64,000 bases of DNA from Anaerovoracaceae bacterium (GTDB taxonomy: Bacteria; Bacillota; Clostridia; Peptostreptococcales; Anaerovoracaceae): contig JBJFFZ010000141.1 in the NCBI GenBank assembly GCA_051892195.1, forward strand, positions 8,352-72,351. The letters run 5' to 3'. Positions 18,639 through 25,761 of this stretch are shown one piece after another. Position 1 is the stretch's first letter. Each line of letters begins with the position of its first letter. The position numbers were made by a program, and so were the translations under genes. Under the pieces are notes generated by a model. The model saw only the letters and a program-made list of their open reading frames with translations, had not been told where the DNA came from and searched no databases.

Positions 18639-19826
18639 ATGAAAAAGACAGTCAGAGACGTGGACGTGAGAGGAAAGCGCGTATTTGTCAGATGCGATTT
18701 CAACGTTCCTGTGGACGAGGAAGGAAACATTACGGATGACCGGAGAATCACCGGCGCACTTCCAACCATTGAGTATCTGTGCGGGCAGGGCGCAAGAGTG
18801 ATTCTTGCCTCCCATATGGGAAGACCAAAGGGAAAACCGGATATGAAGTATTCCCTGGGGGTTGTGGCACAGCGGCTCACAGAGCTTCTTGGAAAGGAAG
18901 TAAAATTTGTCAGCGAGCCTGAGGTTGTGGGACCTGCAGTAAAGGCGGCGGCAGCTGCTCTTGCAGACGGTGAGGTTATGCTCATTGAAAACGTCAGATT
19001 CAGAGAAGAAGAAACAAAGAATACGCCGGAATTCAGCAGAGAACTGGCAGAGCTTGCAGAGATCTTTGTAAACGATGCCTTCGGAACTGCTCACAGAGCA
19101 CACTGCTCCACTGCCGGAATCGCCGACTATCTGCCGGCAGTCAGCGGCTTCCTGATGGAAAAGGAAATCCGCTTCTTCGGTGATATGCTGGAGGCGCCGG
19201 AAAGACCGTTTACTGCTGTTATGGGCGGCGCAAAGGTGGGGGATAAGATTCCGCTGATCGAAAACCTGATCGAAAAGGTAGATACCATTATCGTAGGCGG
19301 AGGGATGGCCTATACATTCCTGAAGGCTCAGGGAAAGGAAATCGGAACCTCCCTTCTGGAAGAAGACAAAATGGACCTCACCCTTGAGCTCATCCGCCAG
19401 GCGGATGCAAAGGGCGTAAAATTCCTTCTTCCTGTGGATGTTGTGTGCGCCCCGGAATTTGCAGATGATTCCCCGTCTTCTGTTTTTGCTGCAGATCAGA
19501 TGCCGGCAGATCAGATGGGCCTTGACATCGGACCGGAAACAAGAGCCCTGTTCCGTCAGGCCATTTTAGATTCAAAGACCGTGGTATGGAACGGACCAAT
19601 GGGCGTCTTTGAAATGAACAGCTTTGCACAGGGTACAAGAGCCATTGCCAAAGCCCTCAATGACTGCGAAGGCACCACCGTTGTAGGCGGCGGAGACAGT
19701 GCGGCAGCAGCCCGGAAGTTTGATCTGGAAGCAGGCATCTCCCACATTTCCACAGGGGGCGGTGCTTCCCTGGAATTCCTGGAAGGAAAGGTGCTTCCTG
19801 GGGTTGCATGCCTTCTTGACGCATAA
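18639..19826 (+). CDS. pgk: phosphoglycerate kinase
   Basis: Full-length Pgk (RVDFNVP-type N-terminus, SHMGRPKG, GGGDSAAA). Only 38 nt separate it from the rpoN stop. Confidence 0.97.
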   Translation: MKKTVRDVDVRGKRVFVRCDFNVPVDEEGNITDDRRITGALPTIEYLCGQGARVILASHMGRPKGKPDMKYSLGVVAQRLTELLGKEVKFVSEPEVVGPAVKAAAAALADGEVMLIENVRFREEETKNTPEFSRELAELAEIFVNDAFGTAHRAHCSTAGIADYLPAVSGFLMEKEIRFFGDMLEAPERPFTAVMGGAKVGDKIPLIENLIEKVDTIIVGGGMAYTFLKAQGKEIGTSLLEEDKMDLTLELIRQADAKGVKFLLPVDVVCAPEFADDSPSSVFAADQMPADQMGLDIGPETRALFRQAILDSKTVVWNGPMGVFEMNSFAQGTRAIAKALNDCEGTTVVGGGDSAAAARKFDLEAGISHISTGGGASLEFLEGKVLPGVACLLDA

Positions 19827-19841
19827 AAAGGGAGGATCTTT

Positions 19842-20609
19842 ATGAGAAAACCGTTTATTGCAGCAAACTGGAAGATGAATATGCTGATTGAGGACGCTGT
19901 GAAGTACGGCGAGGATCTGGTGGAATACCTGAAGCAGGCCGGAGTGGATCTCAAGAGCATCGATGTGGCGGTCTGTGTTCCGTATATTCATATGGCAGCC
20001 CTGAAGGTCATCTTTGTTCTGCGCAACATCATGGTGGGGGCACAGAACATGCACTTTGAAGAAAAGGGGGCATTTACCGGGGAGATTTCTCCGGCCATGC
20101 TGAAGGATATGGGCATCGAATGCGTCATCATCGGCCATTCCGAGCGCCGTCAGTATTTCGGTGAAACAAGCGAAGTCTGCGCAAAAAAGGTAAAGGCCGC
20201 TGTGGCCCACAAGATCCGTCCGATCCTGTGCGTAGGGGAGACCCTTCAGGAGCGTGAGTCAGGAAATTACGAAAATGCAGTGGGAGATATGCTCAGCGCT
20301 TCCCTTGCAGGTGTCACTGCAGAAGAGATGGCAGGCACCGTCATTGCGTATGAACCTCTCTGGGCCATCGGAACAGGCATTACTGCCACGGCGCAGCAGG
20401 CCAATGAAATGGCATCCTTCATCCGTCAGTGCATCGCCATCAAGTACGGACAGGAGATCGCAGATCAGGTGATTATTCAGTACGGCGGAAGCGTCAAGCC
20501 GGAAAACATCGCAGAGCTTATGTCCATGAGCGATATTGACGGAGCGCTGGTAGGCGGAGCAAGCCTCGACGCAAAAACCTTTACAAGCATTGTAAATTAC
20601 GGTGCATAA
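19842..20609 (+). CDS. tpiA: triosephosphate isomerase
   Basis: ANWKMN, IGHSERR and AYEPLWAIGTG motifs. Confidence 0.97.
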   Translation: MRKPFIAANWKMNMLIEDAVKYGEDLVEYLKQAGVDLKSIDVAVCVPYIHMAALKVIFVLRNIMVGAQNMHFEEKGAFTGEISPAMLKDMGIECVIIGHSERRQYFGETSEVCAKKVKAAVAHKIRPILCVGETLQERESGNYENAVGDMLSASLAGVTAEEMAGTVIAYEPLWAIGTGITATAQQANEMASFIRQCIAIKYGQEIADQVIIQYGGSVKPENIAELMSMSDIDGALVGGASLDAKTFTSIVNYGA

Positions 20610-20664
20610 TGCACAAATAAGCCCGGCCCGACGGCTCTGCCGTCACAAAGAAACTGAACGCAGA

Positions 20665-20707
20665 AGAAGATCTTCCGTTTCTGTTTGGAGGCGGAAGGTC
20701 TTTTTTT
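20665..20707 (+). terminator. terminator after tpiA
   Basis: AGATCTTCCG...CGGAAGGTCT stem (one mismatch) followed by T7. Confidence 0.55.
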
Positions 20708-20764
20708 ATTATATCCGTTGTTTCGGATCGCGGAGCATCCGCCTCTGGGCATGGATTTATTGGA

Positions 20765-20818
20765 AATTTGCGAATAATTTGCGAATAATTTGCAAGAGAC
20801 TCCGGCTGCGTATATAAT
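20765..20818 (+). promoter_or_regulatory. promoter with three 11-bp-phased direct repeats (candidate response-regulator binding site), copy A
   Basis: AATTTGCGAAT|AATTTGCGAAT|AATTTGCAAGA at 20765-20797. The third unit supplies the -35 TTGCAA (20790-20795), followed by a 17-nt spacer and TATAAT (20813-20818). Confidence 0.6.
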
Positions 20819-20864
20819 GAAAGGTATATATCGTGAAATCTGCGGGCAGAAGAGAGGAAGTCCT

Positions 20865-21809
20865 ATGATCGAGAAACTTAAGAGGCTGATTTGTAAAAGC
20901 CGGATGGCGGAGGTTTCTGCCATGTATGAGCTGATGAGCCAGAAGATTCTGTTTGTGGCGGAGGTCAGGCTGCAGGACAGCAGTCTGCGGTTTGTAAAGA
21001 AGCACAGGCTCCTGAATCCGGAGGTTTCCGGCTGCCAGAAGGCCGGAGAACTGATGAAGCTGTGCACAGGAACCGATCAGACAGGCAGAGCCTCTGATTT
21101 CCGGTTCAGCCTGCCTTATGTGGTAAGCGAACTCACTTATAAAAAAACATGCGATCTCTCTTTTCCCTTTGACCAGACAGCCGTTCCTTTTTTGGAGGAA
21201 TGTCAGGGAGAAAACACGCTTCTGCTGACCTTTTTTTATCCTCCGAAGAAAAAGGGAAATGAGCTTTTGGAGATTGTATGCCAGAACGTGGATCTGCAGG
21301 AGATGAAAAAAACCATTTCCGCAGGGTCCCCGAAGGAAAGCAGCTTCCCGGGAAAGCCGGAAAAGGAAGGAACAACGGAAAAAACAGAAAAGGAAAAACA
21401 GCCGGTAAAAACGGTAAAGCGGGTTCTGATGGCAGAAGATGAGGAGTACAACCTTGAAACTCTGTGCGAGTATCTGGACGCCATGGGAATCTGTCACGAT
21501 GAATGCTATAACGGCGCAGAGCTGCTGCGCATTTTCGAAGACTCGCCGGAGGGCTTCTACGATATGATCCTTTTGGATATGAGCATGCCTGTGATGGACG
21601 GGCTTGAGGCAGTCAGAATCCTCAGGCAGATGGACCGGGAGGATGCGGATGTCCTGATCATTGCAGTTTCCGGAGATATTTCAGAAGCTGCAGTAAAAGA
21701 CTACAGGGCGGCAGGCGTCAACGGATATCTGGGAAAACCTTTCTCACAGAAGACTCTGGAGAAGGCCATGGAACAGGTATTGTATTCCGGACAGAACGAA
21801 GGAGTATAA
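20865..21809 (+). CDS. response-regulator receiver protein with an uncharacterised ~190-aa N-terminal domain
   Basis: The C-terminal REC domain (VLMAEDEE...ILLDMSMPVMDG...IIAVSGD...YLGKPF) looks intact. The N-terminal part has no motif I recognise. AGAGAGGAAG RBS precedes the ATG at 20865; the track ORF's TTG at 20790 is the -35 box. Confidence 0.8.
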   Translation: MIEKLKRLICKSRMAEVSAMYELMSQKILFVAEVRLQDSSLRFVKKHRLLNPEVSGCQKAGELMKLCTGTDQTGRASDFRFSLPYVVSELTYKKTCDLSFPFDQTAVPFLEECQGENTLLLTFFYPPKKKGNELLEIVCQNVDLQEMKKTISAGSPKESSFPGKPEKEGTTEKTEKEKQPVKTVKRVLMAEDEEYNLETLCEYLDAMGICHDECYNGAELLRIFEDSPEGFYDMILLDMSMPVMDGLEAVRILRQMDREDADVLIIAVSGDISEAAVKDYRAAGVNGYLGKPFSQKTLEKAMEQVLYSGQNEGV

Positions 21810-21813
21810 AAGC

Positions 21814-23676
21814 ATGAAAAAAAATAAAAAGGAGCCGGTGCAGAGGAATGTCCGGGAGACAGCAGGAACACTGCTGCCGGCGTTCCTGGCATGGGGAATG
21901 ATTCTGGTGCTTTTCATATCTCTTTTCGCAGGGGACCGGTACACCTGGTATCGTTCTTTGAAGCAGGAGGGACTGTGGCAGGATGAACCCTGGATCTATA
22001 TGGTTCATGGAGCAGAGAACAACCGGGTGATGGAAAAAGGCTCCGTGGATCTTCCGGCTACCATTCCCTGTACAAAGGGGCAGACCATCTCCCTGATCCG
22101 AAAGATTCCGGAGGCGTATGGACAGCAGACCCTGTATCTGGAAACAGATTTCATCTGTCAGGAGATGGAGCTTTGGCTGAACGGACGGCAGATTTATTCC
22201 TTCGGGACAGAGTCCGACGGTCCTTTTGCTCTTATGAATCCCGCCAACAGGATCATCCGGCTTCCTGAAGATTCTGCGGGGGGCACCCTGAAGCTCCGGT
22301 TTGCTGTACAGCAGCAGGAGTATCCGGGAATGATCGCAGACATCACTGTGGGAAACGCCGATGCCATGAAGCTTCACTTTTTAAAAGGCAATCCGGCACA
22401 TAATTTTTTCTGTCTTCTGATGCTGATTATCAGCCTGCTGCTGATGCTTCAGACTGCAGCGGGCAAAGGGCAGAAAACAGAAAACGAATGGAAAAAACAG
22501 CGCATTATTTCGGCGGCCTTCGTGTTTTTTTCCGTCTGGCTGATGATGGGAACGGTCAATCACCTGACCTGTTTCTTTCCCGCAACGATGCAGACCATCG
22601 GTGCCCTTCTGTCCCTGTATGGGGCGAGAGCTCTGTTTCTCTCCTATATCCGGCTGGAGGTGGGCAGACAGCAGCCTCTGATGAAATTTACTGCCCTGGG
22701 AAACGCTGTTTATACTGCAGGGGAACTGATTCTGCTTGCTGCAGGCAAAACCACCATCCTTCGGAGGCTGTTCTGGAATCAGATGCTGCTGGTGACGGTT
22801 TTTCTCATATCGTGCATGGTGGTGTTTTACAGTATTTTAGTCAGAGAGGACCGACAGCTTCACTTTTACGATGCGGGCTGGCTGATTCTGTCCGTTTTCT
22901 CACTGCATCACCTCACAGCTGTTTTGCAGGACAGGATCAATCTGTTTTACTGCAACTCCATTGCCGTGGGACTGGAACTGTTTCTTCTCGTCTACGTTGC
23001 CGACTGCTGTATCCAGAGCGTTATCCGAAGAAGAAACCGTACCTACCGGGAACAGGAATCTCATAAGGCTCTGATCCGGCTCTGGATCGAAACCATGAAG
23101 CCTCATTTCCTTTACAATGCTTTCGGCATGATCCGAAACAGGATTATGAAGGATCCCGGATCCGCTTACGAACTCAGCTCTGACCTCAGCTCCTGCATCC
23201 GCTATGCCATGGATGCCATTTCCAGGGACGAGCCGGTGAGCTTTTCGGCAGAGCTGGATTATATCCGCGCCTACTGCAGAATCCAGCAGGCACGTTTCGG
23301 CGGGCGGCTGGAAGTGATCTACGATATAAGGACAGAGGATTTCAGGGTGCCGCGGATGAGTATCCAGTCTTTTGTAGAGCTTGCTGTCAGCTGCGGAATT
23401 CTGAAGTTCTGTACCTCAGGGTGTGTGCAGATCCGGTCAAGACAAACGGAATTTAACTATATCGTGACGGTATCCGACAACGGATGCGGGTACTTCAACC
23501 ATCCGGAAACCTTTCAGGACGCAGAGGAAATATATGAGCGGGTCTGCGCGACTCTGGCCCATCATGTAAGAGGAAGTGCCGAAATCATCAACCTTCCGGG
23601 GGAGGGGACCGTGGCGGTGGTGCGGATTCCGAAAAAAGCAGAGGAACGGGAGCATATACGTTTCGTAAAAAAATAG
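21814..23676 (+). CDS. membrane sensor histidine kinase, LytS/YesM type (His_kinase + HATPase) with a 7TM receptor-like N-terminus
   Basis: Signal/TM segment, a ~170-aa extracytoplasmic region, then about 7 TM helices. KPHFLYN phospho-acceptor box and DNGCG G1 box are present. The N-box reads VELAVSCG instead of VENAIKHG. Confidence 0.85.
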   Translation: MKKNKKEPVQRNVRETAGTLLPAFLAWGMILVLFISLFAGDRYTWYRSLKQEGLWQDEPWIYMVHGAENNRVMEKGSVDLPATIPCTKGQTISLIRKIPEAYGQQTLYLETDFICQEMELWLNGRQIYSFGTESDGPFALMNPANRIIRLPEDSAGGTLKLRFAVQQQEYPGMIADITVGNADAMKLHFLKGNPAHNFFCLLMLIISLLLMLQTAAGKGQKTENEWKKQRIISAAFVFFSVWLMMGTVNHLTCFFPATMQTIGALLSLYGARALFLSYIRLEVGRQQPLMKFTALGNAVYTAGELILLAAGKTTILRRLFWNQMLLVTVFLISCMVVFYSILVREDRQLHFYDAGWLILSVFSLHHLTAVLQDRINLFYCNSIAVGLELFLLVYVADCCIQSVIRRRNRTYREQESHKALIRLWIETMKPHFLYNAFGMIRNRIMKDPGSAYELSSDLSSCIRYAMDAISRDEPVSFSAELDYIRAYCRIQQARFGGRLEVIYDIRTEDFRVPRMSIQSFVELAVSCGILKFCTSGCVQIRSRQTEFNYIVTVSDNGCGYFNHPETFQDAEEIYERVCATLAHHVRGSAEIINLPGEGTVAVVRIPKKAEEREHIRFVKK

Positions 23677-23697
23677 AAAAGGGGGAGGAGCAAAGGA

Positions 23698-24513
23698 ATG
23701 ATAAATATTATTCTGGTAGATGATGAACAGTGGGCTCTTGAGGAACTCAGGGAACAATGCAGTTCCGAACGGGTACATATTGCAGGGGAATTCTGTACCG
23801 GAGAAGCAGCTCTGGATTTTGTGAAGCAGAAGACATGCCGGATCAGTCTCGCATTTTTAGATATCGAAATGCCGGGAATGAGCGGAATCGAGCTTGGAGA
23901 AAAAATCAGGCAGATTGATCCGTCCATTGCCATCGTTTATCTTACGGCATACGACAATCGCTTCCGGGATGCTTTTACGAAGGTTCATCCGGAGGATTAT
24001 CTGCTGAAGCCGTGTGACAGAACCATGATTGACCGCGCCATTGACCGTACACTGGCGATGATGACTGTGCCTGTGCTGGAGGTGAAAGCCTTTGGAGGAT
24101 TTGATATCAGCGCAGGAGGCCAGATGCTGGACTTTTCTTCCAGGACAAAGGCAAAAGAGCTTTTTGCTCTTTGTATCGATGCGCTGGGAGGGGATGTTTC
24201 AGTGTCAAAAGCTGTAACAAGTCTGTGGCCGGACAGCGATCCGGAGGACCAGTCAAAGCGCTCCTATTACCGGAGCCTCACTGTTTTTCTGAAAAGAATT
24301 CTGGAAAAACACGGATTTCCCGATGTGTTTATCAGCAAAAAGGGAGTCTGCAGAGTGGATCTGAGTCAGATTCAGTGCGAGTATGTGGACATTATGAACG
24401 GAACCCGCAGCATCAGTGAAACAAATTACAACAACAATTATATGCCGGAGTACGAATGGGCAAAGAACACCAATGAGCTTCTGCAGGAAAAACGGAAGCG
24501 GGAGTCACAGTAA
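23698..24513 (+). CDS. two-component response regulator, REC + OmpR/SARP-like winged-helix DNA-binding domain
   Basis: REC motifs LVDDE, FLDIEMPGMSG, YLTAY, LLKP. The C-terminus LEVKAFGGFDI..G..LDFSSRTKAKELFALC...LWPD resembles SARP/trans_reg_C domains. Confidence 0.85.
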   Translation: MINIILVDDEQWALEELREQCSSERVHIAGEFCTGEAALDFVKQKTCRISLAFLDIEMPGMSGIELGEKIRQIDPSIAIVYLTAYDNRFRDAFTKVHPEDYLLKPCDRTMIDRAIDRTLAMMTVPVLEVKAFGGFDISAGGQMLDFSSRTKAKELFALCIDALGGDVSVSKAVTSLWPDSDPEDQSKRSYYRSLTVFLKRILEKHGFPDVFISKKGVCRVDLSQIQCEYVDIMNGTRSISETNYNNNYMPEYEWAKNTNELLQEKRKRESQ

Positions 24514-24534
24514 AAAACCCGACGGATGAAAAAA

Positions 24535-24588
24535 AATTTGCAAATAATTTGCGGATATGTTGCATTATAAATAATACCATGGTATAAT
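24535..24588 (+). promoter_or_regulatory. promoter with three 11-bp-phased direct repeats, copy B
   Basis: AATTTGCAAAT|AATTTGCGGAT|ATGTTGCATTA at 24535-24567. The third unit supplies the -35 TTGCAT (24560-24565), followed by a 17-nt spacer and TATAAT (24583-24588). Confidence 0.6.
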
Positions 24589-24594
24589 TACTTC

Positions 24595-24737
24595 AGGTTT
24601 CGGGAAAAGGGTGATTTTCTGATTCCGTGGTATTTTGGGCTGGTATTGAAAACGTGGCGCGGTTTAATTGTTGATTTGGTAAGGGAAGAATCCCCGATTC
24701 TCACAGGTATCTGAGAAACGGGGATTCTTCCTTTTTT
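24595..24737 (+). ncRNA. candidate small RNA / orphan transcription unit (unnamed)
   Basis: It runs from about 7 nt after the -10 of promoter copy B to a 13-bp perfect hairpin plus T6. No ATG occurs in any + frame of the interval, and the next gene (ecsC) is on the opposite strand. Confidence 0.45.
24684..24737 (+). terminator. strong rho-independent terminator of the orphan transcript
   Basis: GGAAGAATCCCCG ... CGGGGATTCTTCC (13 bp perfect, with inner TTCTCA/TGAGAA pairing) followed by TTTTTT. The T-run is on the + strand only. Confidence 0.75.
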
Positions 24738-24776
24738 GCTGTTGTTTCTGCTTTCATATATTCAGAAACCGTATTG

Positions 24777-25622
24777 CTACTTCTGTTCAGGTTCCGTGTT
24801 TCCTTTTTTTTCTGCTATTTTTGCATACAGATGTCTTCGCTGGTATTTGCAGTCTGCATATTTCAGAATCCGGTTGAGGAACACAACATCATAAAGTCCT
24901 CCCACCACACCTGCAACAGGAATGGTCTGCACAAATTTCATGCAGATCAGCTCTGCAGCCATAGAATCCGACGCTGCCTGCATCTGGGCTGCGCAGTCCG
25001 GAGCCAGAGGGGTTTTGTGATAGATAAACTGATTGATTCGGCGGTCGTTTTCGTAGAGGGCATCGCCGTGAGACATGGATGTTTCAATGAGCTTCAGGAG
25101 AAAGATCTGCTCTTCTTCCGTGTCATAGGAAAAGCCGTAGCTCATGGCCGTTTCATAAAGACTTTTCAGGATCACTGCAGTGAAGACCGGAATATCCGGA
25201 ATTCCGATTCCAAGAATTCCCATGCCCAGTCCCTCAGCTCCGGAGAGAAGAAGATTCTTTCGGCGGCTGCTGCCGGAATTGCGTGCATAGGCACCTTCCG
25301 TGCGGCGGGTCTGGGAGTCGGCTGCGGCTTCACTGCTCATCCGGTACATGGCCCGGTGCTTTTCCGGCCTGCAGGTTTTTTCAATGAAACCTGTTCCCCG
25401 GGTAAAGACCAGTTCAAAAGCTTTCAGAAATGCGGTGTTCAACGTATCGTGAAGCTTTTCCGGAACGTACTTCTCTACGGTATCTTCAACGGGGGAGGGC
25501 CCTTTTTCGTATTGCTTTTCCAGAAAGCTCTGCTCTTTCTGTTCCATTTTTATCCACTGCTTTTTTAAGGCAGGTGATACTGTATATTTTGCCATATCCT
25601 TATTATGAAATTCCTTTCTCAT
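24777..25622 (-). CDS. EcsC family protein
   Basis: Central GAEGLGMGILGIGIPDIPVFTAVILKSLYETAMSYGF and C-terminal VAGVVGGLYDVVFLNRILKYA resemble the EcsC family (PF12787). Start is ambiguous (ATG at 25622 or 25595). Confidence 0.8.
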   Translation of the reverse strand: MRKEFHNKDMAKYTVSPALKKQWIKMEQKEQSFLEKQYEKGPSPVEDTVEKYVPEKLHDTLNTAFLKAFELVFTRGTGFIEKTCRPEKHRAMYRMSSEAAADSQTRRTEGAYARNSGSSRRKNLLLSGAEGLGMGILGIGIPDIPVFTAVILKSLYETAMSYGFSYDTEEEQIFLLKLIETSMSHGDALYENDRRINQFIYHKTPLAPDCAAQMQAASDSMAAELICMKFVQTIPVAGVVGGLYDVVFLNRILKYADCKYQRRHLYAKIAEKKGNTEPEQK

Positions 25623-25761
25623 TCGAAAGAATGTTATAGTGGGAGCATCTGCCCGGCAGATGGGAGATGGATTCGTTTGATTTTTTATTACCCATATTAT
25701 ATACTGCAACGTGGGAAAATAATAGAAAGTATTTGGCTTTAGACTGTTTTTGGGGGATTGT

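Noticed and set aside
20790-20864. Upstream extension of the REC-protein ORF starting at TTG 20790 (the track start).
   Set aside because: The TTG is the -35 hexamer and the next ATG (20817) overlaps the -10 box. The ATG at 20865 has a strong RBS.
24648-24716. Possible 22-codon peptide (TTG-initiated MKTWRGLIVDLVREESPILTGI) inside the orphan transcript, e.g. a signalling peptide.
   Set aside because: It has no ATG and no Shine-Dalgarno sequence upstream, and its 3' part is the terminator hairpin. It is kept only as an alternative hypothesis to the sRNA call.
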